A stretch of DNA of 64,000 nucleotides from a virus. Taxonomy: Duplodnaviria; Caudoviricetes. This document shows, one piece after another, positions 55,489-64,000 of the stretch. The stretch lies in the IMG/VR virus record IMGVR_UViG_3300033555_000001, positions 64,001 through 128,000 of that record; one strand, 5' to 3'. A program made the translations under genes and the position numbers. Each line of letters opens with the position of its first letter. Position 1 is the first letter of the stretch. Under the pieces are notes generated by a model. The model did no database searches. It had not been told where the DNA came from and saw only the letters and a list, made by a program, of their open reading frames with translations.

Positions 55489-55638
55489 ATGATTGCACTG
55501 TTTGTCATCTTCGTCTTGGCAGCCATGGCCGCAGCGGTTGCAGAAGACTCAGGCTCGCGGGCTATGTGTGCGGCATTTTTAGCCACGTCTACAATTTCTT
55601 TACTTGCATCTGGTTATTTGTTTTTGAAAGTTTACTAA
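55489..55638 (+). CDS. Small two-TM protein (49 aa)
   Basis: MIALFVIFVLAAMAAAVAEDSGSRAMCAAFLATSTISLLASGYLFLKVY; GAGGA RBS. Confidence 0.65.
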   Translation: MIALFVIFVLAAMAAAVAEDSGSRAMCAAFLATSTISLLASGYLFLKVY

Positions 55639-56456
55639 TAAGATGCACGGCAAGTAGATCTACACGCGTAAACTGAGGCGCATTTTTGAGCCAACCAACC
55701 AGTGGTATTTGCTCTGTGTTTGGCAGTATATTTATACGCGTGGTGAGGTGGAACAGGTAGCCCGCTTACTGAAGTTACCGTGAGAGTTGGAGCGTGGAGA
55801 CTGTGCTCCTTACAAAAGTAATTAAGGTGATTTATTTTATACTGCTCGCCGGTTGGGGAAGTAATAATCCATTTTGGACCTTCAACTCTTTTAGGAATAG
55901 TACTTCCGTATTTTTCAATTCTAGTAGCAGACATTTTAGCTCTGGTTTCCACGCTATGTAAGCGCCCGAGGGCTGAAGCTCTTTTCCTAGCACTTACTTC
56001 TGGAGTTACAGCCTTCATTGCAGCGGCTCTACGTTCTTCCGTAGTTCTCATATTGCACTTATCCCTAAAAATTGGATCATTCCACATAGCTTTAACCCTG
56101 ATCCCTGTTCTCTCTGCGTGTCTAGTCCTCAGCTCTTCAAACAATCTCGAGGTAATTCTGATAGAATTTGACCTTTTACCTTTACCAGTAGGATCCATAA
56201 AAACCATCAATCTTAATCCAGCCCAAGCCTTCATCAAATTTTCGCCAGAGGTCATTTTTACTAATAGCCAATGGCACACATAATGTTCTTTTGCAGTAAG
56301 CTTTACTAAATTATCTTTATTGTTTGAGCCGCCCATTGATCCTGGGATGATGTGGTGCCGTTCGTAGTAACCTTCTTTTAGGATAACTCTTTCGCGGGCT
56401 CTTGTTACAATAGAAAAATAAATCTTTGTATACTTACTATTATTAAAAATGTCCAA
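55635..56456 (-). mobile_element. Free-standing HNH homing endonuclease with NUMOD3-like tail
   Basis: ERHHIIP-SMGGSN-DNLVKLTAKEHYVCH, HSVETRAKMS; TTG start after GGAGG; AT-rich. Confidence 0.9.
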
Positions 56457-57489
56457 AGCGCAAACCCTCCAGGAGTTAATTCAAGACCGTATACCATTGG
56501 GCCGGCAAAATGCGGCGGGGTGGCATGCAGTAAGATGTGCAGTCTGCCACGATCATAGTGAGAGAGCAGCTTTTAAATTTGATAGTATTTATGCCGGGGC
56601 AAGCTGCTTTAATTGCGGGATCAAATTCAGATACGAAGAGGGCTCTGGCAAATTAAGCAGAGATGCTAAGCTTATTCTACAGGCGTTTGGAATTACAACG
56701 CAGGAGCTTGATAAGATTACAAGCTCTGCGTTTTTTAATAAAGCGCCAGTTGAAAAAGACATTACGGTAGAATCACTAAAACCAAAGCTGCAGTTGTTTA
56801 CGCCCGTAATTGAGCTGCCGCCAAAATCACATTTGCTAGGTTCACCTTTTTCTGAAGAGCTCCAAGTACCGCTTATTGAGTATATTACTGGGCGAGCGCT
56901 GGATCCACTAGAGCTTAACGCGCACTTTAGTTTAGATAAAAAATTTCTGGGCCGCGTCATTTTGCCGTGCATGAGAGATGGAAAAGTAATTTACTGGCAG
57001 GCACGTACTGTTATTTCTGGAGACACTCGAGCTCGCTATCTTTCACCGCCCGTAAACAAAGATGCAGTAATGTGGGGCTATGATAATATTTGGCGCAGAT
57101 CAGATGAGCCGCTGTTTATTACTGAGGGTATTTTCGATGCCGCATCAATTAATGGTGTTGCTCTGTTAGGCTCGACGCTCAATGAAGCCAAGCTTGAAGT
57201 GCTGAACAAGTGCAAGCGCAGGAAAATTGTTGTGGTTGACAGAGACTCTAATGGCGGTGCGCTTGCAGTACTGGCCCTGCAAAACGGTTGGGAAATTACA
57301 TTCCCGCCTAAGGGTGTAGAAGATGTAAATGGCAGTGTTAGAAAATTTGGTCGATTGGTAACAATTTGGACGCTGTTAAAAGAGGCCACCGTCCCAACTG
57401 GTCTAAAAACTGCGGATGGTCTAGGTGTACAATCAAAGTTAAATCTGGGCATGGAGCTCATGCTTGCAAACCTCTCAAGGAGAAAATAA
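56449..57489 (+). CDS. gp61: DNA primase (gp61-like)
   Basis: Zn finger CAVC-H...CFNC; TOPRIM ITEGIFDA, VVVDRDSNG. Confidence 0.92.
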   Translation: MSKAQTLQELIQDRIPLGRQNAAGWHAVRCAVCHDHSERAAFKFDSIYAGASCFNCGIKFRYEEGSGKLSRDAKLILQAFGITTQELDKITSSAFFNKAPVEKDITVESLKPKLQLFTPVIELPPKSHLLGSPFSEELQVPLIEYITGRALDPLELNAHFSLDKKFLGRVILPCMRDGKVIYWQARTVISGDTRARYLSPPVNKDAVMWGYDNIWRRSDEPLFITEGIFDAASINGVALLGSTLNEAKLEVLNKCKRRKIVVVDRDSNGGALAVLALQNGWEITFPPKGVEDVNGSVRKFGRLVTIWTLLKEATVPTGLKTADGLGVQSKLNLGMELMLANLSRRK

Positions 57490-57490
57490 A

Positions 57491-57664
57491 ATGGCAAAGT
57501 ATTCAATCAGCATTGCATTTGACGTCACGGCAAAAGACTACGAGGACGCGCATGAAAAGCGTGATGCAATTATGTATCTGGTGAAATCAGAAAAGATGTG
57601 CTCTGATTCTCAGGAAATTGACGTTGAGCTCACAGAAGATGATGAGGAAGAAGGCGAAGAATGA
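57491..57664 (+). CDS. Small acidic protein
   Basis: AAGGAG RBS; MAKYSISIAFDV. Confidence 0.75.
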   Translation: MAKYSISIAFDVTAKDYEDAHEKRDAIMYLVKSEKMCSDSQEIDVELTEDDEEEGEE

Positions 57665-57876
57665 AATTGCCAAGACTGCTTCCGGTTTATACGATCAGAC
57701 TTGTGTATAAGTCTGGGTATACACATAACTTTGAAGTATACACTTTTTCTATTGACGACAATAATACGTGGAAATGGAGCGCTGTGTCTAAGAGAAACTC
57801 GCCGGTTGCAATAGGGATTACGGATATTGTTGCTATTTGGACGATCGGAGTGCGCAAGAAGCTGTGTTTTATTTAA
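57661..57876 (+). CDS. Hypothetical protein
   Basis: ATGA overlap. Confidence 0.7.
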   Translation: MKLPRLLPVYTIRLVYKSGYTHNFEVYTFSIDDNNTWKWSAVSKRNSPVAIGITDIVAIWTIGVRKKLCFI

Positions 57877-57910
57877 AACACATTGTAAGTCAGTTGGTTA
57901 AAGGAGTCAC

Positions 57911-59257
57911 ATGAGTGAGTTAATGATTGATGACGTTGCGCAAAGACTGTACATTAGCTCAATGTTAGGAGACCCCGGGCTGTTTGCCCGGGTGCAACAC
58001 CTATTAAAGCCGTCGTATTTTGATGCAAACATGCAGGGTGGTATTAAGTTTTTACAGGATTTTTACAGGGAACACAGAGGTGTTCCGTCAGCACCTGTGT
58101 TTTTTGCGGGTACAAAGCTTGACTTGCCAGCGCAGCCACTGCAAAAACAAGATGTGGCGTTCATCTCAGAACAGATTGCAAAATTTTGTCAGATCCGAGC
58201 GGTGACTGAGGCAGTACTGGCGTCTCCTGCACTGATTGAAAAAGGCGACTTTGGTGCGCTAGTGGCCAGTGTAAAGTTAGCAACGCAAGTACAACTGCAC
58301 ACTGATTTAGGCTTGGATTACTTTGCTGATCCAGTTGCGCGGCTTACTGAGAGTGAGAGCCAAGAAGTGCTGATGCCACTTGGGTGGGATTCTGTCGATG
58401 AAATGATTGGCGGTGGAGTTGGTCGGCAGGAATTAATACTTTTTACCGCAAATTCAGGTGGTGGTAAGTCCGTAGCAATGCTGAACGTTGGTTTTAATAT
58501 GCTCAGCCGAGGACTCAATGGCGTCTATATCACTCTTGAAATGCGAGATCGAGTTGTAGCAAAACGGCTGGACTCAATGATCAGTCGTATTAGCGGCAAA
58601 AATATTAACGCCAATAAACTAAAAGTTGGTCAGGATATTGAGTGCGCCAAAGAGCAGGGTTTTGGCCGGTTTTTTGTAAAGCGAATGAGAGAGGGCAGCA
58701 CAAACGCCGATCACATTATTTCGTACTTGAGAGAGCTAGAAGCGGTTCATGGCTTTAGACCGGACTTTGTTATTGTTGACTACATTGATCTCTGCGCCTC
58801 AGTTCAAAAACACGATGGCGGTAATATGTTTACCAAGGACAAGTACGTAACAGAAGAAATTAGAGCCATTGGTTTTGACTTTGACTGTCTCATGATTAGC
58901 GCGTCTCAACTTGGTCGCGGTGCTATTGTTGCAACCCGAGAAGATAAATCCCTGGGTCAAGATCATATCCAAGGTGGTATATCTAAAATCAATACTTCTG
59001 ACTTAGTTATTGCGCTTGTAAAAGATGAGGCAATGGATGCTGCGGGCGAATACAGATTTGAATTTTTAAAAGCCAGAAATTCAAATGCAGTAAACAAAAA
59101 GCTAATTATGGCCTGGGACTCTGAGAGTCTGCGCATTTCCGATGTAGGGTTAAAACTTATGGCTCCGCGACAAAAGCCACGGTCTGGTCTGACGCTTGGT
59201 GACACTGTTCCAGGAAAAACTCTCGGGTTAAGTGATTTACTGGGCAGATCGCAGTAA
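57911..59257 (+). CDS. gp41: Replicative helicase (gp41/DnaB-like)
   Basis: ANSGGGKS, YITLEM, VIVDYID, SASQLGR, FLKARN. Confidence 0.93.
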   Translation: MSELMIDDVAQRLYISSMLGDPGLFARVQHLLKPSYFDANMQGGIKFLQDFYREHRGVPSAPVFFAGTKLDLPAQPLQKQDVAFISEQIAKFCQIRAVTEAVLASPALIEKGDFGALVASVKLATQVQLHTDLGLDYFADPVARLTESESQEVLMPLGWDSVDEMIGGGVGRQELILFTANSGGGKSVAMLNVGFNMLSRGLNGVYITLEMRDRVVAKRLDSMISRISGKNINANKLKVGQDIECAKEQGFGRFFVKRMREGSTNADHIISYLRELEAVHGFRPDFVIVDYIDLCASVQKHDGGNMFTKDKYVTEEIRAIGFDFDCLMISASQLGRGAIVATREDKSLGQDHIQGGISKINTSDLVIALVKDEAMDAAGEYRFEFLKARNSNAVNKKLIMAWDSESLRISDVGLKLMAPRQKPRSGLTLGDTVPGKTLGLSDLLGRSQ

Positions 59258-59300
59258 GAATAATCTGATAATAAATAAGACGACACGACACGGAGGAATT

Positions 59301-59549
59301 ATGGATCAAACAAATTCAATTACAGTAGATGGTATTAGCTATGATGCAGGGCAATTCACACAAAGCGTGCAGCAAGCCGTAAGCATTTATAAAAACTTTC
59401 AGGCTGATTTGCAAAAAGAGCAGCTTGCGGTTATTAAGACTCAGGCTGCACTTGACAATATTGGCAAGCAAATTGGCGAAGCTGTTAAAACAGAACTGGC
59501 TGAGAAACTTGCAAACGCGTCAAAGGTAGAAACTGGGTCAGCCGCCTAA
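59301..59549 (+). CDS. Small coiled-coil protein
   Basis: GGAGG RBS; TAAATA 59272-59277; ITVDG-Y N-terminus. Confidence 0.8.
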   Translation: MDQTNSITVDGISYDAGQFTQSVQQAVSIYKNFQADLQKEQLAVIKTQAALDNIGKQIGEAVKTELAEKLANASKVETGSAA

Positions 59550-59609
59550 GTAGAATTAACAGCATATCACTTTGGCCGGCTGTTTGTCTGCCAGAGGTTG
59601 TTTCCGGCA

Positions 59610-59615
59610 TAAATA
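59610..59615 (+). promoter_or_regulatory. Late promoter box TAAATA
   Basis: caTAAATAg, only 4 nt before ATG 59620. Confidence 0.7.
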
Positions 59616-59619
59616 GAAG

Positions 59620-61929
59620 ATGACTACAAATCAACAATCCAGCAGTATCTCGCACATTGAAGACCTGAGTGTAGATGAGTTTTTAAACTTGCTCCGAAAT
59701 ATCTCTACCCAGCACGCCACTGAGAAAATGGACGGCTCTAATCTGTGGATTGGGGTAGACGAAAACAACACGCTCTTTACTTCGAGAGAGGGCAAGCGCT
59801 CGGGCTCTAGCCGGTGCTATTCTCTGGATGACTGGCCTGATGTGGCCGCCTTTAATCAATTTAAAGCAGCTCATGCTGCACTCGAATTAAAATCCGCTGA
59901 CATCACCAAAATCATGCCGCCTGGCTCCATGGTTGAGGCCGAGGTGTTGTTTGGCAGGCAACCTAATAGCGTCATTTACGGCAGTGGAAATAAGTCCTAC
60001 ATCGCCTTTCTGCGCGGTGTAAATGGTACCTCAGACGCAGTGGTTGATAATTTAAATTCCCAGTTACAAAATCAAGAAGTAGAAGTCACGGTTGAGCTGC
60101 TTGACACCTCAGACGGTGAAACGCTGGATAAAACACGTGAAAGTTTTCGGGTACAGTTCACAACACCACAAAAAATCGATTCAGCCAGTTTGCAGGGTGC
60201 GGATGTTACTGAGCAATTAACGGCTCTTGAGGCTTTTTTGCGGGCTGAGTCTGCTGTTGCCGGGTTGAATAACAAAGAGCTCATGCTGACGTCGCTGACA
60301 CAAGTTAAAAAAGATGCGCGGCCAGAAGTAAAGGCTGCCAGAGAGGCAGTGCTGGCCCAAGTGCAGCGCGAATTTAAGATTCCAATCAAGCAAGTACTGC
60401 TGGACAAGATTGTAAAAAAGCTTAAATCGGCTCTCAGTGATGAACCGGATGCAGGAATTGGAATTGAGGGCATTGTGCTGCGTGACCCAACCACTGGCCG
60501 ACAGGTTAAAATTGTTGACAGAGATACGTTCAGCATTATTAACCGATTCAATCAAGCAGTACGTGGTGAGATTCAAGGCGCGCTGAACACAACTGATCCT
60601 GATTCACCGCTTGAATCGCGGGGCGGTTTAGTTGGAACACTGCGAATTAGAATTGCAGACGTGCTTGGTAACAGAGAGCTTGCTCGGCCGGGTGCAGTAA
60701 AGAAAATTCTGGAACCAATTAAAGGTGAAACACCAGAGCAGGCAATTAGAAACTTTGCTGACACAATGGCCGGTATTAATGATTACACGGCGATAAAGAA
60801 AAAAGTACTTGCAATGACTGCTGGTACTGCCACTGAGTTAAAAGAAAAGCTTGAGGATTTTAAAGAGAACCAGAGCGGTTATTCGCTTAAATTAAAAAAT
60901 GGCACTGAGCTTAAACTGTCTCCTGAAGTAATAAAGCGTACACTGCTCTCTTTTGCTGAGGCAAAGAAAAATCTTACCGTGCTGTTTGATAAAGTAAAAG
61001 TAACAACATCTCTGGCGCAGCTCTTGGCAATTTTATACGGGGTGCAGGCCAAAAAAGTTCACCAGCAAGTACCGGTTGAAGAGCGTCTCTTGGAAAATCG
61101 TGGGCACGGTGAAATTGACCGGGTTGAGTACAACAAAAAAGATCAGTACATGTTATTGAACTCTTATTTGGCCACTGTGCTGATGACAATGCTTATTCAC
61201 CACGAACACGACACAATTGGCGCGCGACGGCTCAGAGACAGAAAAAATTACATGATAAAGCGCTGGCACAGCGACATGAGCCCGCTGAATTTCTGGGGAT
61301 ACGTGATCTGGAGAAATGAAAAGCCTGATATTAAAAAGCAACTTGCCACTCGAACTCAGCAAGCGCTTGAACTTGCAACAAAGAAGATTATGCCGGTTGC
61401 CTGGAAAATGCTGCACATGCAGTTCTCCTACAATAAAGAACTAAAAATCAGGTGGGTTGAGCATCAAAAAATGTTGCACCGGTTGATCGACGTTGCTGGT
61501 CTTCGCTCTGAAAGACTAAATACGATGCTTGATAACATGATTGAATGGCCGGCACTGACGTCTGACGAAAAGAACAAGACCATAAATCGACTGTATCTGT
61601 ACGCGCAACAGTTTGTACCACGCTCTAGCCTGTTTGCTCGGTTGCGTGTGATACAGACAAATCTGCTGTTAAATGCTACTGGAACTAATACCCAAATGGT
61701 AGAAAGTCTATTAAAAGCTGTTACTTCAATTCCTGAAGAAGAGGGTGATGGCGGACCGCCAAGTGGCGTTTCAGTCTCTACACCTGCTTCAACACACACC
61801 GGTGCCAGCAGCATAGCCGCTCTTCCAACTCGTATTGGTGATAGTAAAACTATCATTAAGCGCAAGCGCAATCCAGGCGCAAAATTGACAACTCTAAAAT
61901 TCCCAGATCCCAGGAAAGCCGCTAAATGA
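59620..61929 (+). CDS. Large late protein with N-terminal ligase-like nucleotidyltransferase fold
   Basis: TEKMDGSN (motif I), FTSR, EAEVL, IEGIVL, VKIV. Confidence 0.7.
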   Translation: MTTNQQSSSISHIEDLSVDEFLNLLRNISTQHATEKMDGSNLWIGVDENNTLFTSREGKRSGSSRCYSLDDWPDVAAFNQFKAAHAALELKSADITKIMPPGSMVEAEVLFGRQPNSVIYGSGNKSYIAFLRGVNGTSDAVVDNLNSQLQNQEVEVTVELLDTSDGETLDKTRESFRVQFTTPQKIDSASLQGADVTEQLTALEAFLRAESAVAGLNNKELMLTSLTQVKKDARPEVKAAREAVLAQVQREFKIPIKQVLLDKIVKKLKSALSDEPDAGIGIEGIVLRDPTTGRQVKIVDRDTFSIINRFNQAVRGEIQGALNTTDPDSPLESRGGLVGTLRIRIADVLGNRELARPGAVKKILEPIKGETPEQAIRNFADTMAGINDYTAIKKKVLAMTAGTATELKEKLEDFKENQSGYSLKLKNGTELKLSPEVIKRTLLSFAEAKKNLTVLFDKVKVTTSLAQLLAILYGVQAKKVHQQVPVEERLLENRGHGEIDRVEYNKKDQYMLLNSYLATVLMTMLIHHEHDTIGARRLRDRKNYMIKRWHSDMSPLNFWGYVIWRNEKPDIKKQLATRTQQALELATKKIMPVAWKMLHMQFSYNKELKIRWVEHQKMLHRLIDVAGLRSERLNTMLDNMIEWPALTSDEKNKTINRLYLYAQQFVPRSSLFARLRVIQTNLLLNATGTNTQMVESLLKAVTSIPEEEGDGGPPSGVSVSTPASTHTGASSIAALPTRIGDSKTIIKRKRNPGAKLTTLKFPDPRKAAK

Positions 61930-64000
61930 CATCTCTTATTAAAGAATTCAACAAGGGCGATCAGCAGCAGAGCCTCAAGTCTGCCGACGGCAGTGATGCC
62001 GGTGCTGCAGATTTAAACAAGGCAGTAGACGTCAAATTCTCACTAATGAGAAATATGATTAACCGAGACGGCGATGTTACTGGCGCTGACGTTCACGACT
62101 ATCTGGAGCGTGCTAAAGACCTCAACAATGAAATTGATACCGTTGGATTTGCAATTGAAACCGACGACGGCGAAATCATAAAAATATATGTTAACGCAGA
62201 ACAGGCCACGGCCTTTGAAGCTGAAATGTCTACCTTGTTAGGTTTAGAGGGCGATTCAGAAGAAGCAATCAATACACTGGCGCAGAAATTTGACATTGTT
62301 GACGTGGTTTGGCCAGATGATCCGGCTGATCCGGCCACTGACCCAGACGGCGAGTTGGGTATTGACGATGATCTCTCTGATCTTATGGGAGACGACGAAG
62401 TTGAAGTTACAGATGCTGACGCCGTGACTGACGCAGACGCTGCTCCTGAAGCCGACGCTGTTGCACCAAAGAAATCGCTTATGAAGTCCGTGCTTGGCAA
62501 TAAAGACGAGCCAGCAAACGACGAAATTACAGATGATTCCGACAAAGAAGCTGACGCGGATGAAGAATCAGATGAAGAGCCAGAATTAGACGATGATGGA
62601 AATCCGGTAATTGATGACAATGGAGATCCTGTTCTCAAGAAGAAAAAGAAAAAAGAAGAGCCAGCAAAAGTTAAAACTGAAGGCTTATCTCGCCTCTCAA
62701 AAATTTCAGAAGATGCCAAGGCTGAAATACAACAACACGTGCAGCAAGCAGAAGAACGTGGTAACAAAGGAAAGTACTGTATTGCTGCGGTTGTTACGGG
62801 CGGCATACGCGGTAGAGTTCAGTTTGATGTCAAGAAAAGTGGTCAGGTTCAGTGTTTTGACGACAAAGAATTAGCTGTAAAAGAGGCCAGCCGGCTTAAC
62901 ACAGAGCGTAATATGGCTGGCGCAAAAGCGCACTTCAGCTATTCACCAAAACTTATCGAGGGAAATATGAAAATTACTGAACTGACGCAGAGCACGCAGC
63001 CAATCATGGAAGCTGAAGGCGAAGATATGAAGCTTGATACGGCGTGGAAGGGTTTGGCAAACAGACTCAAGCGTCCGTACGAGAAAAAAATCGTTGCTCT
63101 TTTGAGCGCAATTGGTATTCCCGGCCGCATTGCAGCAAATGCTGAAGGTATCAAAGAAAGCATTGAAGCAGGCGGAGATGTTATTCGTCGTGCTGGTCGT
63201 AAACAAGGGCTGTTTAATCAGTTCTTTGATCAGTACACTGGTGGTGGTGCTGAAGCAGTTACCGAAGCTAAAAAGCGCGGTGGCCGTGTTCAAAAGATTT
63301 TAGAATCAGTGCTGGTAAGGTTGGGCCTGCCAGAGTCAATGACTACAACTGATGGCGCTGGTATGCTTGCAGCAGTATTTTCCCGCGCAGCTGCTAAAGT
63401 TTCGGCTGATGGCGAGTTAGAAACAACGCTTATGCAGTTAGCAAAAGCTATGGGTGTTACCACAGCCGAAGTAAACGAAGATGTTGTTACTGAAGAAGTA
63501 GATGTTGGAAATGATGAATATGCACAAAGCGTAATTAAACTGTGTATGGCACTTGGTATCCCTGAGCGTCAACTACAATTTCAACGTCCTACATTAATCA
63601 AGAGCCTGCGCGACATGCGCACAAAGCTACAGAGCCGCGGTACTATAATGCAGCGTATGGACGCTCTTGTTGCACTGCTAGACAAGAATACGCGTAAAGG
63701 CCCAGCTCCAGCAATGGAGAGTTTAACAGAAGCTTTTGGTCAGCTCAAAAAATTCTCTGACGCGGCTATGAGTGCGCGCGATGGTGGTGGTTATTTGGAT
63801 ACTCCTTCTGCAGGGCCTGCCCTGATAGCAAAATATGATGGTGAGGATCCAAATAATACTGTTTTAATTCTGGCAATTGACAGTGACCACAGCAATAAAA
63901 ACAAGCTTTTAAGAGTTGCCATTGAAGATGACATGGACGGTACTCTTAAGGCAAAGTACTTTACAGATGACAAAGAAGGATACGCATTAGCTCTTGACTA
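61926..64000 (+). CDS. Very acidic probable prohead core/internal protein (3' partial, not in the ORF track)
   Basis: Frame open from ATG 61926 to the window end (read by eye); D/E-rich tract, K6 run, repeated x-x-E junctions (KTE, IME, VTE, LTE). Confidence 0.75.
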   Translation, partial: MTSLIKEFNKGDQQQSLKSADGSDAGAADLNKAVDVKFSLMRNMINRDGDVTGADVHDYLERAKDLNNEIDTVGFAIETDDGEIIKIYVNAEQATAFEAEMSTLLGLEGDSEEAINTLAQKFDIVDVVWPDDPADPATDPDGELGIDDDLSDLMGDDEVEVTDADAVTDADAAPEADAVAPKKSLMKSVLGNKDEPANDEITDDSDKEADADEESDEEPELDDDGNPVIDDNGDPVLKKKKKKEEPAKVKTEGLSRLSKISEDAKAEIQQHVQQAEERGNKGKYCIAAVVTGGIRGRVQFDVKKSGQVQCFDDKELAVKEASRLNTERNMAGAKAHFSYSPKLIEGNMKITELTQSTQPIMEAEGEDMKLDTAWKGLANRLKRPYEKKIVALLSAIGIPGRIAANAEGIKESIEAGGDVIRRAGRKQGLFNQFFDQYTGGGAEAVTEAKKRGGRVQKILESVLVRLGLPESMTTTDGAGMLAAVFSRAAAKVSADGELETTLMQLAKAMGVTTAEVNEDVVTEEVDVGNDEYAQSVIKLCMALGIPERQLQFQRPTLIKSLRDMRTKLQSRGTIMQRMDALVALLDKNTRKGPAPAMESLTEAFGQLKKFSDAAMSARDGGGYLDTPSAGPALIAKYDGEDPNNTVLILAIDSDHSNKNKLLRVAIEDDMDGTLKAKYFTDDKEGYALALD

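Noticed and set aside
45993-59257. Inteins in polymerase, primase or helicase
   Set aside because: No C/S...HN-C/S/T splice junctions or LAGLIDADG blocks seen; sizes are near normal
62635-62662. Slippery A-rich run (K6)
   Set aside because: No in-frame X XXY YYZ heptamer, and the zero frame stays open
1-64000. CRISPR array, tRNA genes, retron/DGR reverse transcriptase
   Set aside because: No repeat-spacer periodicity, cloverleaf or YxDD RT found by eye; tRNAscan-SE/CRISPR tools would confirm
1-64000. Stop-codon reassignment
   Set aside because: TAA, TAG and TGA all end well-packed genes, and conserved enzymes are full length in code 11

Overview
This window is a densely coding fragment of a large T4-like (probably jumbo) myophage genome in the standard genetic code, with no tRNAs, CRISPR array, introns or inteins recognised. 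It carries T4-type replication genes (topoisomerase II subunits, family B DNA polymerase, primase, helicase, RNase H, probable clamp, thymidylate synthase). It also has a late module of fibre/virion genes (beta-helix tail fibre, DUF4376 chaperone, DUF3494 ice-binding-like protein, permuted NlpC/P60), chaperone/protease genes (two DnaJ, ClpP, MoxR AAA+/VWA pair) and a dispersed RNA-repair/ADP-ribose toolkit (Rnl1, Tpt1/KptA, Macro, cpYpsA, Thg1, cyclic-phosphate receiver). PhoH, a GT4 glycosyltransferase, a SemiSWEET/PQ-loop protein, an SLT lysin and several free-standing homing endonuclease genes are also present. Three promoter classes are visible: T4-like late TAAATA boxes, AGTGTAC-N17-TATAAT promoters, and five promoters with an ACCGTTACA box fixed 39-41 bp upstream of the -10 hexamer. 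The strongest leads are that box-defined regulon, late genes with capsid-targeting-like leaders (one a PD-(D/E)XK nuclease-like protein), a late 769-aa ligase-fold protein, a circularly permuted ice-binding domain, a structured phoH leader, and a T4-style hairpin/late-promoter switch on a nuclease-less NUMOD3 gene. All protein calls come from motif recognition by eye; no database search was run.
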